A stretch of 64,000 nt of DNA from positions 153,954 through 217,953 of the forward strand of contig CAZUQX010000001.1 of NCBI GenBank assembly GCA_964623205.1, read 5' to 3'. The notes beneath the pieces were generated by a model. The model was not told the origin of the DNA. It searched no databases and was given only the letters and a program-made list of their open reading frames with translations. Origin of the DNA: an uncultured Candidatus Bathyarchaeia archaeon (GTDB lineage: Archaea > Thermoproteota > Bathyarchaeia > Bathyarchaeales > Bathyarchaeaceae). Made by a program: the position numbers and the translations under genes. Below are positions 28,893 through 38,904 of the stretch, one piece after another. Numbering within the stretch: the first letter of the stretch is position 1; each line of letters begins with the position of its first letter.

Positions 28893-31157
28893 TTGACGAG
28901 AGAAGGGTTTGCGGTGAAGATCAGTAAGTTGTTTGGCAAAGAAAAAGTTGTTAATGCTTTAATGAGCGTTGGGGCTCTTCGCTTCCGCATAACGCATTCT
29001 TCGGCGCTGCACATTTCTTTACTTATCCTCATTCTTGTTATAGCCGCCGTGGTCAGACTGTTGCCTCTCCGTTGGGGTTTCCAACTCTCGGAATTTGACC
29101 CCCATGTTCATTACCGTTTAACCAAAAATATGGTTGATAATGGATTCTTCGCTTGGACCTCATGGACAGACACAATGGCCTGGTATCCTCAAGGTATCAA
29201 CTTTGGAAGCAATTTGTTTCCGGGTCTAGCAGCAACAGCGGCGTTCTTCTATCAGGTAGCCAATGCGTTGAATATTGCTCCGGCGCCGATCCTCAGCTCA
29301 AGCCTCTACCATCCTCTAACCGCTGATCCCGTTTTCAATTTCTGCATATTATTTCCGGTGATTATGGCGGTGTTGACCGTTTTAGTTATCTACTTTGTGG
29401 GAAAAGACATTGGCGGTAAAGAGGTAGGGCTTTTCTCAGCTTTCTTTTTAGCCCTAAATTCACCGTATATTGGCCGTACCTCTCTTGGTTTTTTCGACGA
29501 TGAAACCGTCGGAATCTTCGGTATCCTCCTATTCATTTTCTTCTTCCTAAGGTCCATTGATCCTGAAAGACCTCTTAGAAACAGTGTCGCCTATGGGGTC
29601 GCTGGAGGATTATCCTTGGGCTATCTCTTTTCTTCTTGGGGAGCTGCACGTTATGCTATCGGAATTACCGTGATTTTCGTCCTTGTTCTAATCTTGATAC
29701 GGCGATATTCATCCCGTCTCCTTCTATCCTACAGCGCAACATTTGGCGTGGCACTTTTCATAGCCGCAAATATACCCAAACTCGGCTTCACATTCCTAAC
29801 AGAGCCCACAGTCTTAGCAGTGGCTGGAATGTTCCTTTTATTGTGCATCTATGAAATTTCTCGCCACATCAAAACCACTAGAAATAAAACGCTTTTTGTA
29901 TTTGGCTTCTTAGCCCTTATTGTAACTCTGTTCATTGGGCTTTCAAGTCTCGGGTTAATTGGTTCCTTAGGGAAAAAGTTCATCTCAGTTATATTTCCCT
30001 CTGAGCGGCTAGGTGAAACTATTGTAGATCAACTTGTGCAGTCTGTGCAGGAACACAGACCTGCTACTTGGGGATCCCTATACTATGATGTCGGCATAGG
30101 AGTCCTCTTCATACCCGTCGGTTTGTTCTTCGCTGTGCGGAATCCCACAAACCGCAACATTTTTCTCACGATCTTCGGGCTGACAGCCATCTACTTTGCC
30201 GGTTCCATGGTTCGGTTAACTTTGCTCATGGCTCCAGCCGTTAGCATCTTATGGGCACTAGCTTTAGTTCAATTGGTCAGGCCCTTTGTCACTATTTTGC
30301 GGGAAAGTCCTAAAATTCCCAGACGTAAAATGCGTTTCAGGCCTCGTGTGGGCAAGGAATTCAGTGCGGCCTTTATTATTTTGATGTTTCTCTTGTTGAC
30401 GGTTACGTTTGTCTTGCCAAGCGCGGGATCATCGTATTCAAGAGTCGTGGATCGTGCGTATTCGCCTACAACTATTGCATCTGGGAGTTTGCCCGTTAGG
30501 CCTTCTGAACCAGTTAGAGATTGGTTAGATGCCCTCAACTGGATGCGGGTCAATTTGGAATCAACTGATGTGGTGGCGAGTTGGTGGGATTATGGTTACT
30601 GGATCACGAATATCGCTAACACAACAACTCTTGCTGATAACGGTACAGTGAATAGTACTCAGATAAGCTTGATTGGGCAAATGTTTATGTCAAACGAAAC
30701 CGAAGCTATTGAAATCCTTAAAGACTTTAATGAACGCGGGCCAAATAATGTCACATATGTTGTGGTCTACACAAGCTTTAGAGAAGACGGGTCTGATGCA
30801 GTTTATGGCGATGAAGGGAAGTGGAAATGGATGGCACGGATCGGTGGATTGGACGACGAGAAATACGGAAACTATACGCTGGGAATTGATTGGACAGATA
30901 CAAACGAGGACGGTTCAGCAGGCTCTGATGAGTTAATACCGAATGAGGTCGGAGAAAGCACGGTTTTGTACAAACTGATGCATTATGCAAGAGACATGAT
31001 TCTGAATTATGGTTATTCAGACATCACGTTAGAACATTTCGAGGGTCCGCCCCAAGGATATTTCTCACAGGAATCAGATTCTCTCAGAGCCTATTCGGAT
31101 TCAGCCACTACGTCATTTGCAGCTGTGGTATGCGTTTATAAGGTCAAGTATGATTGA
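28893..31157 (+). CDS. aglB: archaeal oligosaccharyltransferase AglB (STT3 family)
   Basis: Multi-TM N-terminal half and the WWDYGYW catalytic motif (ASWWDYGYWITN). The start is uncertain (TTG 28893, GTG 28914 or ATG 28962). Confidence 0.9.
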   Translation: MTREGFAVKISKLFGKEKVVNALMSVGALRFRITHSSALHISLLILILVIAAVVRLLPLRWGFQLSEFDPHVHYRLTKNMVDNGFFAWTSWTDTMAWYPQGINFGSNLFPGLAATAAFFYQVANALNIAPAPILSSSLYHPLTADPVFNFCILFPVIMAVLTVLVIYFVGKDIGGKEVGLFSAFFLALNSPYIGRTSLGFFDDETVGIFGILLFIFFFLRSIDPERPLRNSVAYGVAGGLSLGYLFSSWGAARYAIGITVIFVLVLILIRRYSSRLLLSYSATFGVALFIAANIPKLGFTFLTEPTVLAVAGMFLLLCIYEISRHIKTTRNKTLFVFGFLALIVTLFIGLSSLGLIGSLGKKFISVIFPSERLGETIVDQLVQSVQEHRPATWGSLYYDVGIGVLFIPVGLFFAVRNPTNRNIFLTIFGLTAIYFAGSMVRLTLLMAPAVSILWALALVQLVRPFVTILRESPKIPRRKMRFRPRVGKEFSAAFIILMFLLLTVTFVLPSAGSSYSRVVDRAYSPTTIASGSLPVRPSEPVRDWLDALNWMRVNLESTDVVASWWDYGYWITNIANTTTLADNGTVNSTQISLIGQMFMSNETEAIEILKDFNERGPNNVTYVVVYTSFREDGSDAVYGDEGKWKWMARIGGLDDEKYGNYTLGIDWTDTNEDGSAGSDELIPNEVGESTVLYKLMHYARDMILNYGYSDITLEHFEGPPQGYFSQESDSLRAYSDSATTSFAAVVCVYKVKYD

Positions 31158-31166
31158 TCTTATGCT

Positions 31167-31940
31167 TCAAGAAATGTAGGTGATTCGTTCCTCTTCTACC
31201 CGGCGCATCTTCTGCATATACTTAACTCGTCTCTTTTCAATATCCCGCATTCTATCCAGTATCTCTTTAGATCTCTCTATCTCCTTATCCAAACCTTTCA
31301 AATCGACCTTGACATTAAGGATTCCCTGCAGAATCTCGATAACGCTCTTCGCCGTCTTCGGATCGGGCAGGTAGCCGCGGGTCTCTCCCAAGAGACAAAT
31401 CGCATCTATTTTTCTGAATTTCGCTAATCCTACGAGCAAACCGGCTGTACCGACAATAGGGTTTCCTGCGTCGCTTGATATTGCCCTAGCTTTCAAAGCC
31501 TTTTTAAAGAGAGCGGGATTTGTGGATACTGCAACTACTTTCGGAGTATCTTCAACTTCGTTTCTGTATCCGCCGATGGTTATGATCGTTTTCACTTTTT
31601 TCTTTTCAGCGAAGTCAAGGATTCTGTTAGCTACCTCAAATTGTCCCTCAATTGTCTGGGCTTGGCTGTCCCCGGTTAAGAAGATGACGTCATTTTCTCC
31701 TGCCTCGTTTTTCCAGAAGTGAAATTCTCCGCGGAGAAGTCTGGCGCCTCCTTTTTTGTCGACGAGAACATGGTAGGGAAAGTGGGGAGAATACAGGATT
31801 GCTAGTTTTTGTGCTTTCATTTGTTTTGTAAGGTATTGGGTGGCTATGCTTCCCACCATACCTAATCCAGGAAATCCTTCTATCAGAATCGGGTTTTTCA
31901 GTTCAATTCTCCTTAGTTCTTTGATGACTGTTTTTTTCAT
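31167..31940 (-). CDS. PAC2-family proteasome assembly chaperone-like protein
   Basis: LIEGFPGLGMVGSIATQYL N-terminal motif. 257 aa with a coiled-coil tail. Confidence 0.65.
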   Translation of the reverse strand: MKKTVIKELRRIELKNPILIEGFPGLGMVGSIATQYLTKQMKAQKLAILYSPHFPYHVLVDKKGGARLLRGEFHFWKNEAGENDVIFLTGDSQAQTIEGQFEVANRILDFAEKKKVKTIITIGGYRNEVEDTPKVVAVSTNPALFKKALKARAISSDAGNPIVGTAGLLVGLAKFRKIDAICLLGETRGYLPDPKTAKSVIEILQGILNVKVDLKGLDKEIERSKEILDRMRDIEKRRVKYMQKMRRVEEERITYIS

Positions 31941-32103
31941 TCTGACCTAAACCTCTCATTGCCCGTCTATATTTTGCATACCTGTCTTCAGGTGAAAATT
32001 TGGCTGGATGTGGTATACGCAAGTTACCTTCACAATAGGGACAGCTTTCATGGTTTAACGTATATTCTTTGCATTTCACACATTTTCTAAGCAGCCAAAC
32101 CAT
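31903..32103 (-). CDS. nop10: H/ACA RNP subunit Nop10
   Basis: LRKCVKCKEYTLNHESCPYCEGNLRIPHPAKFSPEDRYAKYRR is the Nop10 zinc ribbon plus the PxFSPxDxY motif. Confidence 0.88.
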   Translation of the reverse strand: MVWLLRKCVKCKEYTLNHESCPYCEGNLRIPHPAKFSPEDRYAKYRRAMRGLGQNEKNSHQRTKEN

Positions 32104-32445
32104 TACGTTTTCCCCTATTGTTTTAGATGTTCATACCTATTTGTAAGACCACACCTATTTACGTTTCCAATAAGTACCAAACATCTTTTTGGCTGAAACA
32201 GCTCCTAATATCAAACTTCCCCCTAAAAACAAGAAATTGGAGAATACTCCCAAAACCCTCCTTTTTTTGAACTATTTGGAGCCTAATCACAGCAGTATGT
32301 TAAGAAACAGCTTTTTCTGTTTTCACTCGATTAAACGCAAAAAAGAAGTGCCGTTTCAATTTATACTTGTGAAAATTCTCAGACCACAAACGTTTCCGTG
32401 AGGAGACAAGATTATAAAAAATTATTGTTGCTTTATTGTTTGCAT

Positions 32446-32474
32446 AAAAAAATCCCGCCAAAAGTGGCGGCGGG
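32446..32474 (-). terminator. hairpin plus U7 tract downstream of ftsZ
   Basis: CCCGCC/GGCGGG stem (32454-32459 / 32469-32474) followed on the minus strand by seven T (32446-32452). It lies 54 nt after the ftsZ stop in an AT-rich spacer. Confidence 0.5.
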
Positions 32475-32527
32475 TCTAGGAAAATATGTCTACGGTATTT
32501 TTCGCGCGTTTACTTCTTGTAACAGTA

Positions 32528-33583
32528 TTAGAATGGGAGTTTGACCGGACCCAAATGTTTTTGCTGTTTTTGAAGGAATGCGCTTTCTACGCCTGTGAGG
32601 ACTGCCATAACGCTGGCGGTTCCCTCAAGTCCCTTGTTCACTCTTGCTCCCCAGATTATCTTTGCTTTTGGTGGAATCGAACGCTTCATAAACTCGCCGG
32701 CATGATGGACCTCTTCTAGTGTCATGTCTTCTCCGCCTGAAACGTGTATCAGCATTCCCCGAGCTTTGGTTACGTCTTCTATGTCGAGAAGGCGCCCGTT
32801 CAAAGCTCTCTCCGCAGCTTGTTCGACTTTTCCTTCTCCTTTTCCTTCTCCGATTCCTATCGAGGCGATTCCAGCCCCTGCCATGACGCTGCGCATGTCC
32901 GCGTAGTCTAGGTTGATTAGACTCGCGGTGGTGATTGTTTCAGTTATACCTTTAACGAACTTTCCTACGGTTGTGTTGGCGACTCCCAAAGCTTCTGTCA
33001 TGGGCAGGTTTCCATAAAGTTTGATGAGTCTATTGTTGTCTATTACAACAACTGTGTCGCATGCTGATTTGAGTCGTTGAATCCCTTTTTTCGCTATATT
33101 CATTCTTGCTGTTTCGATTTCGAAGGGGAGGGTGACTACACCTATAATCAGGTGTGGCGCTCTCTTTGCAGTGAATTGTGCGCGGAGGTTCTCTGCTAGG
33201 GCCATGATGCCACCGGTTCCAGTGCCTCCACCTAAACCGGCTAAGAGAAATATAATGTTTGCTTCATCGATTTCCTCAAGGATTTCACCCATGCTTTCGT
33301 TCACTGCCTTTTCCCCTAGTTTCGGGTATCCCCCGCATCCGACTCCTTGGCACGCTTTTTCGCCTATCAGAATCATGCTGTCAGCATTGCTGATGGTTAG
33401 ATGGTTAGCATCTGTGTTCATTGAAACGAGTCTTCCTCCGGCTACACCTCTTTCTTTTACCCATGATATGATATTGCAGCCGGCTCCACCGATGCCCACC
33501 GCCACGACTGAGGGTTTAGCGGCCCGTGCGAACGATTCAATTTTTTCTTTGTTACTCGCGAATCTTTGTGGCATTTTTATCAT
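32528..33583 (-). CDS. ftsZ: cell division GTPase FtsZ
   Basis: AVGIGGAGCNII, NTDANHL, GLGGGTGTGG and INLDYADMRSVM (T7 loop). Confidence 0.88.
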   Translation of the reverse strand: MIKMPQRFASNKEKIESFARAAKPSVVAVGIGGAGCNIISWVKERGVAGGRLVSMNTDANHLTISNADSMILIGEKACQGVGCGGYPKLGEKAVNESMGEILEEIDEANIIFLLAGLGGGTGTGGIMALAENLRAQFTAKRAPHLIIGVVTLPFEIETARMNIAKKGIQRLKSACDTVVVIDNNRLIKLYGNLPMTEALGVANTTVGKFVKGITETITTASLINLDYADMRSVMAGAGIASIGIGEGKGEGKVEQAAERALNGRLLDIEDVTKARGMLIHVSGGEDMTLEEVHHAGEFMKRSIPPKAKIIWGARVNKGLEGTASVMAVLTGVESAFLQKQQKHLGPVKLPF

Positions 33584-33741
33584 TCCTGTTTTTTGATATG
33601 TATATATGTAGAACTTAGATATAAGTATTATGTCTTAAGATTCTAGATGCTTATCTAGCATATGTATTATTTCTCACGATTCTGGATATATATCTTCTGT
33701 CAGAATATACCTTATATTCTCAAAAAACGAGTTAACTCATT

Positions 33742-34143
33742 ATGGTCCAGAGGTGTGCCATCTTGAAAGAAAATCTGATGAAAGAATTCATGAACGCCTA
33801 CGTGGGAAACGGCGTACACTTAACAATCCGGGACGGGGGAAGCCATTTTACAGTTCACACGATTCAAATAATAGAAAAAACTGATGAATCATGCCCCGTA
33901 AAACAACTCCAGGTGGGAGATTATTTCCTCCGCCTCTTAGTTAAAGATGAAAACAACAATGAAGCATCTATCTTATGTAACTGGAACGAGCAGCTCTTAC
34001 AAAACTTGCTGGAGAATTACACTCACGCCAAGGAAGCGGGATGCACCGAGATTACGATGGTCAAAGGGAACCCCAATCCAGATGACTGGCTTCTACTGTG
34101 GAGACCAGAGTACCAAGAGAAACCCACACCATACATTGATTAG
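33742..34143 (+). CDS. hypothetical protein
   Basis: 133-aa ORF with no motif recognised. Confidence 0.35.
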   Translation: MVQRCAILKENLMKEFMNAYVGNGVHLTIRDGGSHFTVHTIQIIEKTDESCPVKQLQVGDYFLRLLVKDENNNEASILCNWNEQLLQNLLENYTHAKEAGCTEITMVKGNPNPDDWLLLWRPEYQEKPTPYID

Positions 34144-34403
34144 CGGGCGAGCGCTACGGTCCTCAGCTAAAGGCAGACTCTTCGTAGCGTGGTAGTTAAG
34201 CACTAGAGTTGGCTAGATTAAATTTTATCCCCAAATTGGTTTTCTTCAAATGTGAGATTTCTATTTTTGTTTGCTTGTATCCGCCTCCTACCTAGAAAGG
34301 GAAATACAGAAAAACCGTTTAAATTTAGTTTGAGAAAATTTAGCTCGGTAATAGTTATGTTTATCTTTTGTCGACTCCATTTGTGTTATCATCGAGCTAG
34401 GCG

Positions 34404-35105
34404 TTGAGTTCTGTGCGAGATATTATTTATCCCATAGGCGGACCTCGCCCTCCAAGTTCAGAGGAAAAATGTAGCCTATGCAACCGAACCATACCTTACT
34501 CGAAACTCATGCGTTGTTTCCGCTGTAAACAACTATTCTGCAAAAGCTGCATAACCGAAGACCTTGTTGAAGGTAAATATTTGGTCTGCCTTAATTGCGC
34601 CAGAAGATTCGTCTCACCTAAAGGAACGTTCAAGGGCAAATACACTCCCCTCACCCTGTATCTGTCACGAAAAGCCAACTGGACAAGATGGGTTAAACTC
34701 CAGTTCTCTAGAATTGAAGGGATAATAGGCAAAGACCTTCCAGCATCCGCCCATCAAACTTCAGAATGGTGGAAGAACACTAATTCATCACACAGCAAAG
34801 CTTGGCGCAGCATAGGCTGGGAAGTAAAGGAAGTGAACTTGGAAGAGGGAACCGTGATTTTCACTCGCCCCGAAGTGTTGGCACCGGAAAAGAAACACAG
34901 GCGCAAGAGAGCCTCCGCCCTTGTTGCCCTTCCAGAGTATAAACCAAGAAAAACCAAGAAACCGTCATTGACTCGTATAGCCATCGCTCAAGCTAGACTT
35001 CAAAACATCTCCCGCAGAAAAGCCTCCATCCGGAAATATCGCGGAAAATTTCGTCCAAAATCAGCCTACGAAAAACGCCTCTGGAATTCAGAGGAGAAGC
35101 CCTAA
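34404..35105 (+). CDS. zinc-finger protein with basic C-terminal tail
   Basis: Four CxxC pairs within 45 aa (CSLCN...CFRCK..FCKSC...CLNC). A block LPASAHQTSEWWKNTNSSHSKAWRSIGWEV follows, then a Lys/Arg-rich tail. Confidence 0.5.
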   Translation: MSSVRDIIYPIGGPRPPSSEEKCSLCNRTIPYSKLMRCFRCKQLFCKSCITEDLVEGKYLVCLNCARRFVSPKGTFKGKYTPLTLYLSRKANWTRWVKLQFSRIEGIIGKDLPASAHQTSEWWKNTNSSHSKAWRSIGWEVKEVNLEEGTVIFTRPEVLAPEKKHRRKRASALVALPEYKPRKTKKPSLTRIAIAQARLQNISRRKASIRKYRGKFRPKSAYEKRLWNSEEKP

Positions 35106-35247
35106 GCTAACCAGAAGCTTAGTTTTGCGTTGACTACCCGAGTCACGAAGAGTTTCAACTCCATATACTTGCTCTTTTGGTCCGAAACAAGTAAAGCTAT
35201 AAATCTAACTTTTCAAATTGCTGAGAGTACAAAAAGAATGTGATGTC

Positions 35248-36345
35248 ATGGGGAAAATTAGGGTTGGCGTGGTTGGTGTAGGTAACTGTTTCGCTGGTCT
35301 CGCTCAAGGAATCGAATACTACAGGCGAAACAAAACTCAGAAACTGGGTTTGATGCATGAGAAGATTGGTGGCTACAGCATAGAAGATATAGACTTTGTT
35401 TCTGCCTTCGATGTAGGCGAAAACAAGGTAGGTAAGCCCCTAAGCGAAGCTGTTTTCTCAGATCCAAACTACGTTAAGTGGGTTGACAGCGTCTCCTGCT
35501 GCAACAACACCAAAGTGGGGGAGAGCCCCATCCTTGACGGCATAGGAATCTATGTTGCAAGCATGATTAATCCAATCAAACAGACAAAAAAACCGAAAGA
35601 ACTTGAAAAAGAAGCTGTAGAAGAGATAGAACGCACAAAAACAAAGATATTGATTAATTACCTGCCTGTGGGAAGCCAAAAAGCCACAGAATTTTGGGCT
35701 AAAATCGCCCTTAAAACGGACTGCGCCTTCATCAACTGCATGCCTGTCTTCATTGCATCAGACAAGGTGTGGCTGAGAAAGTTTGAAGAGAAGGGACTTC
35801 CTGTTGTGGGAGATGACATCAAAGGCGTAATCGGAGCAACAATAACTCACAGAACTCTTGCCAAACTCTGCGTAGATCGAGGGGCAGTGATAGATAGAAC
35901 ATATCAGATTAACGTTGGCGGCAACACAGACTTCGCCAACATGCTTGAACGGGAGCGGTTGGAGAGCAAGAAAATATCGAAAACAGAAGCCGTACAAAGT
36001 TTGCTTCCGAAGAAGCGGCGCTTGGCTGATAAGGACATTTACATAGGACCAAGCGATTTCATCCCCTTCTTGGGAAACACCAAACTGGCTTTCATCCGAA
36101 TAGAGGGAAGAATGTTCGCGAATGTGCCCTTCAACATGGAAGTCAGGTTAGATGTGGATGACAAAGCCAATTCTGGAGGAATAGCGGTAGACGCAATAAG
36201 ATGTGCACAACTAGCTCTAGACAAAGGAGTAAGCGGCAACCTAACTTACGCTTCCGCTTATCTAATGAAACATCCCTTTGTACAAATAGGCGACGAAGAA
36301 GCCAGAACAAAACTAGACGAGTGGATTTCTGAACTGGAAAAATAG
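35248..36345 (+). CDS. myo-inositol-1-phosphate synthase
   Basis: KIRVGVVGVGNCFAGLAQGIEYY N-terminus and GDDIKG..GATITHR, as in archaeal MIPS. The ORF track starts at 35218. Confidence 0.8.
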   Translation: MGKIRVGVVGVGNCFAGLAQGIEYYRRNKTQKLGLMHEKIGGYSIEDIDFVSAFDVGENKVGKPLSEAVFSDPNYVKWVDSVSCCNNTKVGESPILDGIGIYVASMINPIKQTKKPKELEKEAVEEIERTKTKILINYLPVGSQKATEFWAKIALKTDCAFINCMPVFIASDKVWLRKFEEKGLPVVGDDIKGVIGATITHRTLAKLCVDRGAVIDRTYQINVGGNTDFANMLERERLESKKISKTEAVQSLLPKKRRLADKDIYIGPSDFIPFLGNTKLAFIRIEGRMFANVPFNMEVRLDVDDKANSGGIAVDAIRCAQLALDKGVSGNLTYASAYLMKHPFVQIGDEEARTKLDEWISELEK

Positions 36346-36349
36346 AAAG

Positions 36350-36973
36350 TTGTGCAACCATAATCGACCTCACCTGATTTCCTGCGGCATCTTAAGGAAA
36401 GAGATCGAAAAACTTGTAGAGGAAAAGTCGCTTTGCGTTCAACCATATTTCTTGGACGCGGGGCTCCATGTAGACTATACCGAGTTGGAGAAAGAACTGA
36501 CATCCGCTATTGAAGAATGCTCAAAACACGGATCGAACGGAATAGTGATTGTTTACGGTGATCTATGCCATCCGAGAATCAAAAAGATAGTTGAAAAATT
36601 TAGCAACTCTGTGAAAGTCGATGCCTTGAACTGTATTGATTGTCTGCTTGGCGGTCATGGAAGACTTTTGCAAATTGATCCGAACAACGATCACTTCTAT
36701 CTCTCTCCAGGATGGATGCCCTCCAACTTGGAAAAGAACGTAAATTTCCGTCAAGTCTTCGATTGGAGTCAAGAAGGAATAAAAAACCTGTTTAGAGACC
36801 TCAAGGGCGTTATTATACTTGATTCTCTCGGAAACTTGGACGAGTTCAAAAGTGACATAGAACAATTCACTTCTAATACCGGACTTCCAGTTAAAAATAA
36901 GCAAGAGGTAGGCATCCACGGACTCAAAGCTGTTATTCTTGAAGCTATAAGAAAACTTGACCTACAGCCTTGA
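36350..36973 (+). CDS. DUF1638-like protein
   Basis: LISCGILRKEIEKL, VIVYGDLCHP and NCIDCLLGG resemble the DUF1638 pattern. It starts 4 nt after the MIPS gene. Confidence 0.4.
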   Translation: MCNHNRPHLISCGILRKEIEKLVEEKSLCVQPYFLDAGLHVDYTELEKELTSAIEECSKHGSNGIVIVYGDLCHPRIKKIVEKFSNSVKVDALNCIDCLLGGHGRLLQIDPNNDHFYLSPGWMPSNLEKNVNFRQVFDWSQEGIKNLFRDLKGVIILDSLGNLDEFKSDIEQFTSNTGLPVKNKQEVGIHGLKAVILEAIRKLDLQP

Positions 36974-37058
36974 AAACCGTTGAAGTTTACAACTAGAACA
37001 TGCTCTGAATTAAGCATCTCTAATCTCTAGTTAAAAAATCATATCTACGTTGATGACT

Positions 37059-37970
37059 TCAAATTGTTAGGGAGTGCCTGCGGTATTTGAAGAGGCCAGG
37101 AAATAAGTAATATGTAGCTCCCTTTATAGCATAACCGAGAGACTTGGCGATATCATAACCGTCACTAACTCTGTTCCGGGTTCTCGTGAAAACTCCAGCC
37201 CCACGTTCATAAGAGATCCTTCCAAACCTCGACATCAACCTAGAAATTTTCTGATCTTCAGCTATTCCCAGCTCTGGGTCATAGGGTCCATGCCCGTTAC
37301 AGGACATCCTGCAGGCAACATCATGTAACAAGGCTATGCTGCATCCGGGAACGCTAGCTCCAATTATCGCAATTCCACCTATTCTAACAGTCGGAAACTT
37401 CAGGGAAAGACGTGTCACAAAGTTTGCTCCCATGATTCCAAATCTTCTTCCTAGCTTAAGGCTGTCTCTTGGTCTCAAAGACGGAACGCTGGCGACGATA
37501 TCCTTCCTTTTGAAGGCGGAATACATCACTTCGAAATAATTCTCATATTTGTCCAATTCAGAAAATAGGTAGGCATCGTCAATCTCGGTTCCCGTAGAAA
37601 AGAGTGAGTCAATATCATGAAAAACAATTATCTTCCCCTTTGCATGCTTAAATCCTAAATTCCTTCCTATGGCGGGAGAATCCCACCACGGATACTTGAT
37701 TATTCCAGATTTCCAGAGTTTCTCCCTATACTCCTCGTATTCTTCCGGAGAAATTATTGTGGAGTCATAAATTTCGGGCAACTCCGCGTTTTCTCCTGCA
37801 TCAACAACTAAAAATTCGATTGCGTTTTTCTTTCCTGTTTTTTCTTCAAAAACCTTCTTCGCTATCTCCCAGTTGTTGAAAGTCTCTTTGAGGGCTTCTG
37901 TATTTTTCTCGCCTCTTCCTGTTGTTATCACCGAGAAGACTGGGTGTGACATAACCTCTCTTAGAAGCAT
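37059..37970 (-). CDS. glycosyltransferase-like (GT-A fold) protein
   Basis: EFLVVDAGENAE ... IGRNLGFKHAKGKIIVFHDIDS (DxD-like). By-eye evidence only. Confidence 0.4.
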   Translation of the reverse strand: MLLREVMSHPVFSVITTGRGEKNTEALKETFNNWEIAKKVFEEKTGKKNAIEFLVVDAGENAELPEIYDSTIISPEEYEEYREKLWKSGIIKYPWWDSPAIGRNLGFKHAKGKIIVFHDIDSLFSTGTEIDDAYLFSELDKYENYFEVMYSAFKRKDIVASVPSLRPRDSLKLGRRFGIMGANFVTRLSLKFPTVRIGGIAIIGASVPGCSIALLHDVACRMSCNGHGPYDPELGIAEDQKISRLMSRFGRISYERGAGVFTRTRNRVSDGYDIAKSLGYAIKGATYYLFPGLFKYRRHSLTI

Positions 37971-38017
37971 AATGGGTTTTTATCACTTTTGCTTAAATCT
38001 CTAAAAACTTTGGTTAA

Positions 38018-38869
38018 CTATTTGCTGATACGATATGTCTTGGAAACATATTTTCCATAGGCTAACGCAGCAATGGCTGAAACCCACGCAGCCGCATTCT
38101 GACAGAAAACATATCTCCACAAGAGGTCCCCCCCGGTAAAGGACTGGGGTCTAGATGTTACAAGACCTTCAAAGGCATTTCTGAAACCTGGAGCTATGGC
38201 ATGCAAGCCGCCGTCTATGGCTGATACTATTGGAGCTAAAGCTTTAGCTATCCCCTGCAATACCTCGATTGTTTTTAACACAAACCCATGTAAAGCCGAG
38301 TTTGCACTGTAAAGTTCAACCGCGAAATCGTTGAACAGATTAGGGTACACTAAAACATAAAGTATGATAATGGACAACAGAAAGATCGTCAAGACAGTTA
38401 CCATGCTTTCAAAGGTTAATCTGCCAAAAGAGAGCCTCCGCTGCACAAATGAAACGCCGCGAGACCGCAGAAAGAAGCTGCCAATTTGACTGAAAAAGTT
38501 CTCAATAGCCCCAAAGATCCTTCGAAGGAAGTTTAATCGTGTTTTTCTCCTTCTTGGGCGCCTTCTACGGATTTGTGAAACCTTGGCTAGAGATTGTTTA
38601 CGTGCCCCCATGGCTAAATATTTCGTAAGATATATCCAGCTTGAGACTAGGACCAGTACGACGCCAAGGGGAAGAAGATGAAAGAGAGGGCTGACAGTTA
38701 CGGTGAAAAACTTGAATGAGAAAGCCTCCGTTAGTCCTGCAACCGTGAAAAATGAGACCATGAAGAACTCGGAAATAAGCGCTAAGGCAAGAAACAAGAC
38801 TATTGTCAAGAGTCCCTTGGGTGCAGTCCACCTGAAAGTTAAGCGGTTCCTTTGTCCTTTAGACGTCAT
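38018..38869 (-). CDS. hypothetical polytopic membrane protein
   Basis: 283 aa with several TM helices and an Arg-rich loop (QIRRRRPRRRKTR). Confidence 0.45.
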   Translation of the reverse strand: MTSKGQRNRLTFRWTAPKGLLTIVLFLALALISEFFMVSFFTVAGLTEAFSFKFFTVTVSPLFHLLPLGVVLVLVSSWIYLTKYLAMGARKQSLAKVSQIRRRRPRRRKTRLNFLRRIFGAIENFFSQIGSFFLRSRGVSFVQRRLSFGRLTFESMVTVLTIFLLSIIILYVLVYPNLFNDFAVELYSANSALHGFVLKTIEVLQGIAKALAPIVSAIDGGLHAIAPGFRNAFEGLVTSRPQSFTGGDLLWRYVFCQNAAAWVSAIAALAYGKYVSKTYRISK

Positions 38870-38904
38870 TATTAGTTCCCTCGGTGATACTATGTCTTCT
38901 CCAC

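Noticed and set aside
32189-32401. 70-aa plus-strand ORF in the ftsZ-nop10 spacer
   Set aside because: The translation is low-complexity and Lys/Asn/Phe-rich from AT-rich DNA. It has no ribosome-binding site and no motif. I treat the region as non-coding, with the repeats reported separately.
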